Assembly: GCA_016212855.1 (NCBI GenBank)
Contig: JACRDP010000020.1
Span: 3,920 to 67,919 of the forward strand
DNA: 64,000 bases
Source of the DNA: Elusimicrobiota bacterium
GTDB taxonomy: Bacteria; Elusimicrobiota; Elusimicrobia; UBA1565; UBA9628
Direction: 5' to 3'
Below are positions 50,397 through 60,660 of the stretch, piece after piece; position 1 is the stretch's first letter; each line of letters starts with the position of its first letter. A model generated the notes under the pieces. The model saw only the letters and a program-made list of their open reading frames with translations, did no database searches and was not told the DNA's origin. The translations under genes were made by a program, and so were the position numbers.

Positions 50397-51215
50397 CTAC
50401 TCGCTCAGAGCGATCTCCGCCTCGCGCGCGTCGCCGCGCCCCCGATCGTCCACGACGCGGACCGTGCTGCGCCCGGCGCGCGGCGTCCAGAAAAACGGCT
50501 TGCCCGACTCGATCGAGGCGTTGCGGCGCGCGTCCTCCGGATGCAAAGCGATCCAGCGCGCGAACAGCCGCTTGCGGGCCTCCCGCAGCTCGCGGCCGTC
50601 GGCCTTCGACCGGCCGGTCATCGTGCGGCGGACGGGATTCTGCGGGATCACGCTCAAGGTGATCGCCTCGCTGAGATCGAGGCGGCTGACGTCCTTGCCG
50701 AAATAGATGAAGCTCGCCGCGCCGGCCCCCTCGATGTTCCCGCCGTAGGGCACGAGATTCAGGTACGCGGCGAGGATCTCGTCCTTCGAGTAGAAGAGCT
50801 CGAGCTGAAGCGCGCGCAGGATCTGCAGGAGCTTGCCGCCGGGGCGGCTGGAGTCCACCCCGTACCGCAGGCGCGCCAGCTGCATCGTGATCGTCGAGCC
50901 GCCGCGCCGCCGCGATTTCGCGACGTACGTCGTCCAGACCGCCTTCGCGAGGGATCCCGGGTCCACCCCGGGATGCCGGCGGAAGCGCCGGTCCTCGTTG
51001 AGCACGGTCGCCTCGACGAGCAGGGGGGACATCTCGCTCAGCGGCACCCACAGGCGGTGCTTGCCGTCGGCGGCGAGAGTGAGGCGCATGAGGCGGTCGT
51101 CGCGCGCGTACACCGCGCGCGAGAAGGCGACGCCGTCGCGCAGCGGCGCCGGGCGCAGGAGAGGGAACGCGCCGAGCGCGGCGAGGACGGCCGCGGCGAA
51201 GAGCGCGCGCTTCAC
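50397..51215 (-). CDS. PBP1C-derived transglycosylase-only protein (transpeptidase deleted, C-terminal tail retained)
   Basis: EDRRFRRHPGVD, GGSTITMQLAR, YLNLVPYGGN; then directly GKPFFWTP...VRVVDDRGR. Confidence 0.75.
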   Translation of the reverse strand: MKRALFAAAVLAALGAFPLLRPAPLRDGVAFSRAVYARDDRLMRLTLAADGKHRLWVPLSEMSPLLVEATVLNEDRRFRRHPGVDPGSLAKAVWTTYVAKSRRRGGSTITMQLARLRYGVDSSRPGGKLLQILRALQLELFYSKDEILAAYLNLVPYGGNIEGAGAASFIYFGKDVSRLDLSEAITLSVIPQNPVRRTMTGRSKADGRELREARKRLFARWIALHPEDARRNASIESGKPFFWTPRAGRSTVRVVDDRGRGDAREAEIALSE

Positions 51216-51219
51216 TTTT

Positions 51220-53490
51220 TCATAGCCCCAGCACCTTGAACCGGCGCGTCGCTTGATTGCCCCAGTCGTCGACCACGGTGACGCTGTGGCTGCCCGGTTC
51301 CATGTCGAGCGCGCGCTGATGAATCGTCTCCGTGCTTCCCAAGTAGCGCCCGTCCAAGTGCCAATGCAGCACGGCGTTCGGTCTCGTGTCGGCGGCTTCG
51401 AACACGGTCCGGCCCTTTTCGCCGTCCATCTCGACGGGTATGTAGAGCTTCGCCTCGGCTTGCGGATAGACGAAAGCGACCGGGCTGTCGGCGTCGGGGC
51501 CGCGGCAGTCGGAGCGCCAGGGGGGAAGGGGCCGGTATTCCGGATGCTGGCGGCGGTAGTAGAACTCCTGCACCGGCGGCAGCGAAAACCAAACGGCGTG
51601 GCGCATCCGCGAGACGCTTTCGCAGCCGGCGTGCACCCGCAGGCGGCTCGCGGGATCCAGATGGACGGGCGCGTGGCCGGAACTGGCCGTCTGATACGGC
51701 GCGTCGGCGGGGGCCCAGACCGGTTCCACGGCGCAGCCCCCGGCGGGCAAACGGCCGTCGTCGCGGCAGACCTGGATTTTCGTCAGGTCGAGATCGGGCC
51801 GCGAGAACCAGCCGCCGGGTCCCAATCGGCGGAAGAGATCGAAGAGGATCGGCGCGGCGGCGCCCGTGCCGGTCAGGTCGGCGCGTCCTTCTCCCGAGGC
51901 GTTTCCGGTCCAGACGCCGACGGTATGGGCGGCGTCGACTCCTAAGGCCCAGCCGTCTCGATAACCCACGCTGGTTCCCGTCTTCCAGGCGATGCGCTGG
52001 CCGCTCGAGAATTTTCTCCACTGGGCCTCCTCCTCCGGACGCACGACGTCGAGGAGCGTTTCCAGCGTCAGCCAGGCCGCCCCGGGACCGATGCCCGCCA
52101 GCGGCTCCTCTAGGTCGGCCGCCGTCCGGGCCAGGCCCGAATACATCCTCGTTATGTCCATGAGCGTCCCTTCGGCACCTCCCAGGATCAAGGTCAGCCC
52201 GTACTGGTCGGCGGAGCGCTTGAGAGTGGAAAACCCCCAGGACGTCAGCTCGCCGTGAAAACGCGCCGCGCCGTGCTCGCGCAAGAGCCGGACCGCCGGG
52301 ACGTTCAGGGACTTGGCCAGCGCCTCCTTCGCGCGCACGGCGCCGCGATAGCGCCGGTCGTTGTTCTCCGGAGTGAAGCCGTCGTACTGCGTGGGAATGT
52401 CGGCGATCAAAGTCTCCGGCAGAATTTCTCCGGCCTGCATCATCGACGCGTACAAAAACGGCTTAAGGACGCTTCCCGTGCTGCGCGGCTGTCGCGCGAT
52501 GTCCACGGCATAGCCCGAGCTTTCATAGTCGTGCACCTTGCTGTTGCCGACGTAGGCGAGAAGCGAGCCGTCCCGGTTGTCGAGGATCACGGCGGCGGCG
52601 TTCTTGATCCCGCGGTTTGCCAGCGCCTCGGAGCGTCGCGCCACGATTTCCTGAGCGTCTTTCTGCAGGCGCGCGTCGAGCGTCGTGTCGAACCGGGGCC
52701 GGGAGGAGCCGCGGCGCGCGTTCAAAGTCGCGAGCAGATGGGGGGCCAGGTGCGGGAACGGCTTGGGAGTTCCCGGCAGCCGCTCGCGCAGCGCCAGCGA
52801 CAGCTCGAGGTCATCGAGCTTGCCGGCGGCGCGCAGCGCGCGCAGGAGGCGGTCGCGTTTTTTTAGGAATGTGTCTCGGTTGCGCCCCGCGTGCACGAAG
52901 GCGGGATTATTCGGCAGCACGGCCAAGGCGGAGGCTTCGGCCCAGCTCAGGCGCTCCGGGGCGCGTCCGAAGATCCGCCAGGAGGCGGCTTCCAGCCCGA
53001 CGACGTTCTCGCCGAACGGCGCGCGCTCGCAGTACAAGCCGAGGATCTTCTTCTTCGAGAGCGCTCTCTCCAGTTTCAGCGCGAGGGCCATTTCGTAGAA
53101 CTTTTCGGCGAAGCTCCGCGTCGGGTCGCGGCGCGAGAGGCGCACGACCTGCATCGTCAACGTGCTGCCGCCGCTGACGACGCGCCGGCGCGCGAGATTG
53201 AGCTTCGCCGCGCGTATCAGGGCCGCGGCGTCTACGCCGCGGTGGGCGTAGAACCTCTTGTCTTCCTGGACGAGGAGCGCCGCCTCGAACTTGGGCGCGA
53301 CCGCGCTCGAGGGCGGGAAGCGCCATTGCCCGTCCGCGGCGACCCGGGCGTCGAGCAGCTCGCCTCCGCGGGCGAAGAGGGCCGGCGACCAAAGTTCCGG
53401 GAAGCGGACCGCCGGCAGCGACCAGAAAGCGGCCGCCGGCGCGCCGAGCAGGCCGAGAAGGATCAGCGCCCGGCGTCCACGGCGACCCAT
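51220..53490 (-). CDS. pbpC: Penicillin-binding protein 1C
   Basis: EDKRF, GGSTLTMQ, SVLK, SLN, KTGTS, C-terminal WHLDG...VVDDWG; follows alpha-2-macroglobulin. Confidence 0.92.
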   Translation of the reverse strand: MGRRGRRALILLGLLGAPAAAFWSLPAVRFPELWSPALFARGGELLDARVAADGQWRFPPSSAVAPKFEAALLVQEDKRFYAHRGVDAAALIRAAKLNLARRRVVSGGSTLTMQVVRLSRRDPTRSFAEKFYEMALALKLERALSKKKILGLYCERAPFGENVVGLEAASWRIFGRAPERLSWAEASALAVLPNNPAFVHAGRNRDTFLKKRDRLLRALRAAGKLDDLELSLALRERLPGTPKPFPHLAPHLLATLNARRGSSRPRFDTTLDARLQKDAQEIVARRSEALANRGIKNAAAVILDNRDGSLLAYVGNSKVHDYESSGYAVDIARQPRSTGSVLKPFLYASMMQAGEILPETLIADIPTQYDGFTPENNDRRYRGAVRAKEALAKSLNVPAVRLLREHGAARFHGELTSWGFSTLKRSADQYGLTLILGGAEGTLMDITRMYSGLARTAADLEEPLAGIGPGAAWLTLETLLDVVRPEEEAQWRKFSSGQRIAWKTGTSVGYRDGWALGVDAAHTVGVWTGNASGEGRADLTGTGAAAPILFDLFRRLGPGGWFSRPDLDLTKIQVCRDDGRLPAGGCAVEPVWAPADAPYQTASSGHAPVHLDPASRLRVHAGCESVSRMRHAVWFSLPPVQEFYYRRQHPEYRPLPPWRSDCRGPDADSPVAFVYPQAEAKLYIPVEMDGEKGRTVFEAADTRPNAVLHWHLDGRYLGSTETIHQRALDMEPGSHSVTVVDDWGNQATRRFKVLGL

Positions 53491-56400
53491 CGTCCCCCCG
53501 AGTTCGCGTTGAGCGTCGATTCGTACATCGCCTCGGCGACGGCGGCCGGCAGATAGAAGCGGCCCTGGTAGGCGGCCGTGAACTTGAGCGGAATCTGGAT
53601 GGCGCCCGCCTCCGCGAGGCCGAAGAACGACAGGACGCGGTCGTCGCGCACGTCCTGGTAATCGAGCCCCGTATCGCCTGCGCCCGCCCAAGGCGCATTG
53701 TTGATCTCCCAGCCCGCCGGAGCCAGGAACGCCAGGGCGATGTTGTCGACCTTGCGCGGCACGAGGTTTCTCACGGTGACGACGGCGGTGAGCTGCTGGC
53801 CTTGGAGCAGCCGCGCCGGGTCGGCCGCCGCGCCTTTGGGGTCTCGATAGTCCACCGTGATCTCGAGGCCATGGGAGGCCGGCTTTTCCTCGCCCGCCGC
53901 GCTGATCCCGCGCGTCACCAAGGCGACGTAGATCTTGCGCCGGCTGGTGTTGCGCACGGCGACTTCGGACCCGCCGTCCGGGAACGCGGCCAGGCGGAAC
54001 TTGCGCACGGGCTCGTTCGAAGCGACGGAGACGGCGGCGGCGCCGTTCACCGAGGACTCCAAAGCGAAGCCGCGCTCGCCCTCCTGCTCGCCGTAGTACC
54101 GCGACAAGGACATCAAGGACTGGGCCAGCGCCTGGGTGTGGTGCCATTGCTCGGAGGCGAGGGCGCCGGAGACCTGATCGGCCAAGGGCATGGCCCGGTC
54201 GAACTCCCGGCGCAAAGTCAGCATCTGCAGGACCAGCGACTTGTCGCGCAGCGGCGACGGGTAGTTCTGGCCGCCTTCCTGACCGTAGGGCACGGCGATC
54301 TCGGTGCTCTGCGCCAGCGCGTCGGAGGCTGCCGTCACGCCGGCGGCCTGATAGGCTCCGGCCAGGAGCCAGCGCGTCAGGCCTTTGAGCTGCGTGTCTT
54401 CCCGGAGCTGATTCATCGCCCCTAATTCGGGCTTGCCGGCGAGGGCGAGCGTGTAGAGCCGGTACGCTTGCTCGAGCTTCGCGGGGCTGCCCGGGTTCCA
54501 CGCGAGGGCGCGCTCGCGTTGAAACTTCTCCCACTGCGGACGCATCTCCGGCGGCAGGGCGTAGCCGCGCTTTTCCGCTTCGAGCAGGAATTGCCCGACG
54601 TAGCTCGTGGCGAAATCCTCCTCGTGGCCGGCCTGAGGCCAATAATAGAACCCGCCGCTCGGCGCCTGAAAACCGCGCAGCCGGTCCAGGCCTCCCTTGA
54701 CGTTCTTCTCGACCTCAGCCTTCTCCCGCTCCGTGAGACGGACGAGGCCGGGCAGGAAGAACTGGGGAAACAGGGCGGACGTCGTCTGCTCGAGGCAGCC
54801 GTACGGGTAGCGGATCAGGTCGCCCAGCCGCTTCTCGAGGTTGAGCGGCGGGATCGAGGAGGCCTCGAGCGTCACCTCATTGGTGCCCGGCATGCCGTGC
54901 GGAACGATCCGGGATTTCCAGACCTCGCCGGGTTCGAGCCACTTGCCGGCCTGGCGGGCGGTGGGCGGGTTGGGGGCGCGCACCGTCAGATTGATCTCCG
55001 CGCGCGCCTGATCGGCGCCGCTTTTCGCCGCGACGCGGATCTTTCCGGTCCCGAGGCGGGAACCGGAGCGCAGGGAGAATCGCGCGAGCTTGTCGCCGGG
55101 TTTCGCGAAGACGAGCTCCGCCGTGCGCGGGCCGACGACGGTGAACGGCCCGTCGGCGGAGATCTCCACGGAGGCCTGCTTGATCTTGTCGTCCATCGCG
55201 AACACCGCCGCGGGCACGACGATGTCCTCGCCGGGACCGACGACCCGCGGCAAGGTGGGCTGCACCATCAGCGGCTGGCGCACCGGCACGGTTTTGTCGG
55301 CGTGTCCGTAGGCGCCGCGCCGTCCGGCGACGACCATCACGCGCAAAGCGCCCACGTAGGAGGAAAGAGCCACTTCGTGGCTCTTTTTTTCATAGGGCTT
55401 GAGCTCGAAGGGTCCCATGAAGCGCACGATGGGCGGGAAGCGCCGGGACGATTCCTTCTCGCGCAGCTCGCCCAGGGCTTCGGAGCCGCCCAGAGCCAGC
55501 AGGCGCTCGAGCTCGCCGCCGTAGGAGCCGACGACGTGGTCGTAGAGGTCCCAGGTCGTCACACCCAGCGCTTCTTTTTTGTAGAAGGCGGCGTGTGGGT
55601 CGGGAGTCGGGAACCCCGTCAGTCCGAGCAGCCCCTCGTCGACGACGGCGAGCGTGTAGACCATGGGCCGGCCCTTGGCCTCGGACACGGTCACCTTCTG
55701 TCTGGTCTCCGGCTTCCATTCGGCGGCGACCGCGATCACGGGTGCCAGTTCCGTCGCCGGGTCCTTGACCGTCAGCGGGATCACCCCGTACAGCCGCAGC
55801 GGCCGGTCGTTGGCCTTGCCTTCATGCGCCTGAACGACGAAGGCCGCGACGTAGACGTTGGGCGTCATGGCCTTCGTGATCGCCAGAGGCACGGTCGTCG
55901 GGCCCGTCGACAGTTCCACCCAGCGCTGCGAGAGCACGCGCGTGCCGTTCTCGATCGAGATGAGCGCGCGCGTCCGCGCTTGCGCCGCCGGCAGCCGCAG
56001 CCGCGCCGTTTCCCCGACTTTGTAATCAGGGCTGTCGGCGTCGAAGGACAGCACGTTGGCTCCGGCGCCGCCCTGCTCGCGGGCCCTCCCGGCCCAGCCC
56101 GGCCAGTCGATGTAGAAGATTTTCCCCGTGCAGTGGCCGCTCTCCTCGTCGCAGGCGCGCAGCAGATAGCGGCCCCAGTCCGGGTAATGGATGTTGAAGG
56201 TCCATATCCCGCGCCCGTCGCGGGTGGAGACGGTTCCTTGCTGCACCGCCGCGGTGTTGGTGTTGTTGGCGAACTGGGCCAGCGCGCTGCCGGACTTGTC
56301 CCACCACCATTTCCATTCCACCTTATAAACGGTCATCTTGATGTTCGACGCGGACGCCGGCTTGCCGTCGGCGTCGAGGCTGACGACGGAGACCTGATGG

Positions 56401-58982
56401 GTCGTGTCGGTCAGCAGCATCCCGCGCGCGCGGTCGCCTTCGGGGAGCTTCAGCCCGACGTAGCGCTCGTAGGGGTGGAACGGCGTCGTCTGACGCGTCG
56501 AGCTGAAGGCTCCTTCGTTCTCGAAGACGCGGGCGTGGAACTGGGCGGTCAGCATCCCCGGGGCGGACTGATCGGCCGGAAACGAGAGGGGGATCTCGGC
56601 GCGGCCGTCCGCGTCGAGCGTACCCTCGAACACCGTGCGGCTCTCGGCGCTGAGCGACCGGGCGGGATCGTCGAAGACGTGATCCGTGAAGCGCGTGAAC
56701 TTCGTCGGCGCGGCCGTCAGCTTCAGGTCGACGGCGGCCTTCAGGCCGCCGGCCTTGGCGCCGTGGAGCCACTGCGCGAAGAGTTTTACCTTCGAATCCG
56801 CGGCTTTGGCGCGCAGGCTCTTGCGGCCGAAGTCCAGCTCGATCTTGAGGCGGTTGGGCAGGACGGCTTCGACGCGCAGCTCCTTGGAGAACTCCGCCCC
56901 TCCGACGCGCGCCTTGGCGCTCCACAGGCCGGTCGGGGCGTCCTCCGGGGTGCGGAAGCTGAAGCGATAGAAGCCCCCGAGCGGCTCGCGGTTGGTCAAG
57001 GCCAGGAACGGCTTGCCCCGCGGGTCGAAGAGGCGCAGCACCGCGGGGTGCCCCGGAGGCAGGCGGCCTTCCCGGTCCTCCACGATCAAGGTCAGGTGGA
57101 CGTCGTCGCCCGGTCGCCACACGCCGCGCTCTCCGTAGAGAAGCCCTTTTAAACCGCTCTCGACGCGCTCGCCGCCCGTGTCGAAATGGCTGACCGGCAG
57201 GGCCAGGCCGTCGCTCACCTTCAAATATCCCCGGTCGCCGTCCTTGCTCGCCGTCAGGTAGAACGGCTTTCCTTTGGACGAAAGCTTCGCGAATCCATCG
57301 GCGTCGGTCTCGCTCCGGGCGATGACCGCGCCCTGGAAATTGTGGACGGTCACGGCCGCCTTCGAGAGCGGCGCGGCCGTGCGCAGGCTGCTGACGGCGA
57401 CGCGGAAATCCCCGGTTTGCCCGCGCACGGCGATCATGCCGATGTTCGAGCCCATGAAGTTCCGGCTTTCCTTGGTGCCCGTGGCGAACTCGTAGTAGGC
57501 GTCCTTGCAGGGATCCTCGCGCTCGGCCCAATTGGTCCGCGCCTCGCCGTCTTCGCCCCCTTCCTCGTAGCCGCTCCAGTAGCTCGGCTGGACGGTGTTC
57601 AAGTCATCGTGGTCTTTGAGGGGCTCCTCCGGCTTGACCGGCTTGCTCCCGGCTTCCTCGGAGCAGGCGTAGTCGGAGTCGCCGCGGTTGATCGACACGG
57701 TCAAGCGCATGAGGGCGCCGCGGTTGCCGCGCAAGAGCTGGCCGGCGTCGAGGGCGAGATGTCGCCACTGATCGGGCGCTCCCGGCTCCACACGGATAGT
57801 CTTGCGCCACATGAACCGCCCGACGCGCCCCATCTCCTGGTCCCCGGGAAGGGCGTTGGTCTGCAGGAACTGGCCGATGTTGTCGGCGTAGACCCGGAAC
57901 GCCGTCACCTGGACGGAGTGGACGTTGATCGCCTCGAAGGGGATGCTGAGCACGTCGTTGTCGGGGAGGATCACGCCCCCGCCGGTGAAGCGGACCTGGG
58001 GCTTGACCGAGGTAAAGCGCAGGCGCTCGTCGATGCGTCTTTCCAGGCGCCGCCCCTTGGCGTCGCGTACGCCGGTCTCCACCGACACGACCACGATCCC
58101 GTTGATGCGATCCTGAGGGAAGATCTTCAGGGCGCTGCCCTCGACGCGGAAGGTGAAGGTTCCGGAGGAAAGACGCACGAGCCCGCGCAGGTCTTGAGCG
58201 GAATCCAACGTGTCGGAAAACGAGACGAGAACGTATTGCGGACCGTCGGAGATCGCCCGGGTTCCCACGACACGAAAAGAAGCGTCCGCCGGTATTTCGA
58301 CGCTTTGGACCTCGCGGCGGCCGCCGCCGATCACGCGGCCGTCGAGCGTCAGCTTCAGCGTCTTGGCGGAGGCGCCGCGCGAAAGACCGCCGATCGAGAA
58401 GGCGTGTGATTTCGTGCCCGCCTCGTGCGTCCAGATGATCTGAGGGCTTCCGTCGCCCCACTCCGCCGTCAGCGCCTTTTCGACGCGCGGGGCGTCCTCG
58501 ACATCGGCGGTCTCCACGCTTCCGCGTACGCTCCATTTACCGGGAGCGGCCGCGTCGGGGAATCCGCCGGCGAGTTTCAGGCTCAGATCCCGTTCCAATA
58601 CGGACACGACGAATTCGTAGTCTCCGATCCCCGCCGGCGCGTCCGCCAGGCCGGAGGCTTTGACGCGGACCAGGTACTGGGAGCCGGGTTTCAAGGACGC
58701 CGGCGTGAAAGTCGCCTCCCGAGGACCGGTGGCGACGACCGCCCCCGTAATCTTGGGGATCGTCTCGATGAGGCCCTCCAGGCGGGCGCCCACCTGGTCC
58801 TTCGCGAAGACGTCCTTGTTGAAGCGGAGGACGATCGCGGCCTTGCGCGACAGGCGCCCGACGCTGTGCTCGGCGATGATTTCGCTCCAGAGCGGGTTGG
58901 ATTTTTTGGCCTGGGGGGCGGCTTCGGCTTTGGCGCAGGCGGTCAGGGCGGCGGCGAGCAAGACGAGGAGCAGCGGTCTCAT
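53463..58982 (-). CDS. Bacterial alpha-2-macroglobulin lipoprotein
   Basis: Lipobox ALTA-C; ERGVWRPG, LAVVDEG, thioester YPYGCLEQTTS, DVRDDR, EAMY; GGAGG RBS. Confidence 0.95.
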   Translation of the reverse strand: MRPLLLVLLAAALTACAKAEAAPQAKKSNPLWSEIIAEHSVGRLSRKAAIVLRFNKDVFAKDQVGARLEGLIETIPKITGAVVATGPREATFTPASLKPGSQYLVRVKASGLADAPAGIGDYEFVVSVLERDLSLKLAGGFPDAAAPGKWSVRGSVETADVEDAPRVEKALTAEWGDGSPQIIWTHEAGTKSHAFSIGGLSRGASAKTLKLTLDGRVIGGGRREVQSVEIPADASFRVVGTRAISDGPQYVLVSFSDTLDSAQDLRGLVRLSSGTFTFRVEGSALKIFPQDRINGIVVVSVETGVRDAKGRRLERRIDERLRFTSVKPQVRFTGGGVILPDNDVLSIPFEAINVHSVQVTAFRVYADNIGQFLQTNALPGDQEMGRVGRFMWRKTIRVEPGAPDQWRHLALDAGQLLRGNRGALMRLTVSINRGDSDYACSEEAGSKPVKPEEPLKDHDDLNTVQPSYWSGYEEGGEDGEARTNWAEREDPCKDAYYEFATGTKESRNFMGSNIGMIAVRGQTGDFRVAVSSLRTAAPLSKAAVTVHNFQGAVIARSETDADGFAKLSSKGKPFYLTASKDGDRGYLKVSDGLALPVSHFDTGGERVESGLKGLLYGERGVWRPGDDVHLTLIVEDREGRLPPGHPAVLRLFDPRGKPFLALTNREPLGGFYRFSFRTPEDAPTGLWSAKARVGGAEFSKELRVEAVLPNRLKIELDFGRKSLRAKAADSKVKLFAQWLHGAKAGGLKAAVDLKLTAAPTKFTRFTDHVFDDPARSLSAESRTVFEGTLDADGRAEIPLSFPADQSAPGMLTAQFHARVFENEGAFSSTRQTTPFHPYERYVGLKLPEGDRARGMLLTDTTHQVSVVSLDADGKPASASNIKMTVYKVEWKWWWDKSGSALAQFANNTNTAAVQQGTVSTRDGRGIWTFNIHYPDWGRYLLRACDEESGHCTGKIFYIDWPGWAGRAREQGGAGANVLSFDADSPDYKVGETARLRLPAAQARTRALISIENGTRVLSQRWVELSTGPTTVPLAITKAMTPNVYVAAFVVQAHEGKANDRPLRLYGVIPLTVKDPATELAPVIAVAAEWKPETRQKVTVSEAKGRPMVYTLAVVDEGLLGLTGFPTPDPHAAFYKKEALGVTTWDLYDHVVGSYGGELERLLALGGSEALGELREKESSRRFPPIVRFMGPFELKPYEKKSHEVALSSYVGALRVMVVAGRRGAYGHADKTVPVRQPLMVQPTLPRVVGPGEDIVVPAAVFAMDDKIKQASVEISADGPFTVVGPRTAELVFAKPGDKLARFSLRSGSRLGTGKIRVAAKSGADQARAEINLTVRAPNPPTARQAGKWLEPGEVWKSRIVPHGMPGTNEVTLEASSIPPLNLEKRLGDLIRYPYGCLEQTTSALFPQFFLPGLVRLTEREKAEVEKNVKGGLDRLRGFQAPSGGFYYWPQAGHEEDFATSYVGQFLLEAEKRGYALPPEMRPQWEKFQRERALAWNPGSPAKLEQAYRLYTLALAGKPELGAMNQLREDTQLKGLTRWLLAGAYQAAGVTAASDALAQSTEIAVPYGQEGGQNYPSPLRDKSLVLQMLTLRREFDRAMPLADQVSGALASEQWHHTQALAQSLMSLSRYYGEQEGERGFALESSVNGAAAVSVASNEPVRKFRLAAFPDGGSEVAVRNTSRRKIYVALVTRGISAAGEEKPASHGLEITVDYRDPKGAAADPARLLQGQQLTAVVTVRNLVPRKVDNIALAFLAPAGWEINNAPWAGAGDTGLDYQDVRDDRVLSFFGLAEAGAIQIPLKFTAAYQGRFYLPAAVAEAMYESTLNANSGGRWVAVDAGR

Positions 58983-59107
58983 GCGGGTCCTCCGAAACGG
59001 TTCGGAAGGATACCCGTGAGCCCCGGCGGAGCTTACTTTGGCGGGAGGTTGGGGGCCCCGGAACTTACGCGAAAAGTCGGCGAATCTTGCGCGACGCGGG
59101 GCCGCCT

Positions 59108-59135
59108 TGACTTATTTGGTGCCCCGGGGTACGCT
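59108..59135 (+). promoter_or_regulatory. Sigma70-like promoter (approximate coordinates)
   Basis: TTGACT-17 nt-TACGCT upstream of ATG 59149. Confidence 0.55.
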
Positions 59136-59148
59136 GAGTCGACCTATC

Positions 59149-60654
59149 ATGTTAAGCGCGGCCGTCAAAAAAATACTGTTGAGCGCGGTTGTCGCGGGCG
59201 GCGGCTATTTCTTCATACCGGCGCGATACTTCTGGAAAATCGGAATTCATGTTCCCTATCCGATCGAGGAGTTCGGGGTCGACGCCGCCGATGGATTCCG
59301 GCTCACCAATTACGATTGTCTTGGGCGGCCGATTCTGCTCGCCACCTGGGGCGCCTGGTGCCCGCATATGCCCGGCAACCTCGCGACGATCGAGAGGCTG
59401 AAGGCGCGCTTCTCCTACAGCGACATCTGCATCGTGCCGGTGTCGAACGATCCGGACCCGGCGAATGCATGGGAATTCGCGCGCTCGCATCAGATGGCGG
59501 AGCCGAATTATTGGGGTTATAAAGGCTTGTCGGCGATGTATTGGGGCTACGCGACGCCGCACTTCTTCCTGTTCGACCGTAAAGGCCGATTGCGGTTGAA
59601 TGCGGACATCACCGAGACGACTCCGGAAGCCCTCATGGCGGCGGTCGTCAACGTCATCGAAGATGGCGCGCCGCGAAACACAACCCCATCGCCCACGCGA
59701 CCCGGACAGGCGCGCGCCGTCGACGACGAGGTGCGCGAAGCGCAGGAACTCGCGGCCGAAAACGCCCGGCTGTTCAAGGCGGGAAGGCTCGACGAACTGG
59801 ACGCGCGCGCCGCGACCTGGCGCAAAGGGCGGGAGCGGACTTTGCTCGACGTTTGGAAGGAAGAGACCATTTATACCGCGATCGTGGTGTCTTGGCAGGG
59901 CACCGCGTCCGATGCCGATTACGAGGCTCGTCTCCGTCTCTTCGAGAACTGGGTCTCAAGCCGTCCCGCTTCGGTCACCGCGCGAATGGCTCTGGGACAG
60001 CAGTGGTTCCAATACGCGTGGAAAGCTCGCGGTCAAAACTGGGAGAACGACGTTATTCCGCAGGCGCGGAGGCATTTCGAAGAGCGGCTGGAGAAATCGC
60101 GGATTCTTTTCGAGGAAACGGCGCTCATGCCGGATACGACCCCGGTGGTTTACCGCGAGTTATTGTATTTGGCTCGTTCACAGGAGTGGAACGGAGCGAA
60201 GACCGATGAACTTCTGAAGCGCTCGCTCGCCTTCGAGCCGGACTATTGGGGGTACTATGAGACGCGGGCGGAGTCGCTTCTGCCGCGCTGGGGCGGAAGC
60301 GACGAGTCCGTCGTTCGGTTCGCGGCGGCCTCGGCGGATTCGCGCAAGGATGGGCGCGGCGACGAATTGTACGCGAGCATACTCTGGAATTCGAGGTGGG
60401 CCTATGCGGATGCCAAGAGGAGCCCTTTCGACGCCGGTTTCTCATGGCCGCGAGCGCGTGCGGGTTGCGCCGCGGTTCTGTCCCGGCGGCCGGGGTCCAC
60501 GGCATGGGCGAATCGCTGCGCGAAGCTCGCCGTTTTGGCCGGAGACAAGGAAACGGCGCGGGGTATGTTCACGACGCTCGCCGGTCGCTTCGATGATGGC
60601 GTTTGGACCAATTACCTCGAGTACTGGCAGGCCCGCGTCGGGGCGTCCAAGTAG
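59149..60654 (+). CDS. TlpA/thioredoxin-like domain (single Cys) fused to DUF4034/TPR-like domain
   Basis: N-terminal TM; TWGAWCPHM, TPHFFLFDRKG; WVSSRPAS...YAWKARG, LPRWGGS. Confidence 0.72.
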   Translation: MLSAAVKKILLSAVVAGGGYFFIPARYFWKIGIHVPYPIEEFGVDAADGFRLTNYDCLGRPILLATWGAWCPHMPGNLATIERLKARFSYSDICIVPVSNDPDPANAWEFARSHQMAEPNYWGYKGLSAMYWGYATPHFFLFDRKGRLRLNADITETTPEALMAAVVNVIEDGAPRNTTPSPTRPGQARAVDDEVREAQELAAENARLFKAGRLDELDARAATWRKGRERTLLDVWKEETIYTAIVVSWQGTASDADYEARLRLFENWVSSRPASVTARMALGQQWFQYAWKARGQNWENDVIPQARRHFEERLEKSRILFEETALMPDTTPVVYRELLYLARSQEWNGAKTDELLKRSLAFEPDYWGYYETRAESLLPRWGGSDESVVRFAAASADSRKDGRGDELYASILWNSRWAYADAKRSPFDAGFSWPRARAGCAAVLSRRPGSTAWANRCAKLAVLAGDKETARGMFTTLAGRFDDGVWTNYLEYWQARVGASK

Positions 60655-60660
60655 GCGCCT

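Noticed and set aside
54468-57152. Very long antisense or alternate-frame ORFs (also 6594..8672, 12046..14121, 26329..28302, 31937..33655, 32112..34127, 39017..40603)
   Set aside because: Shadow ORFs expected from high GC3; they overlap well-supported genes and have no recognisable motifs
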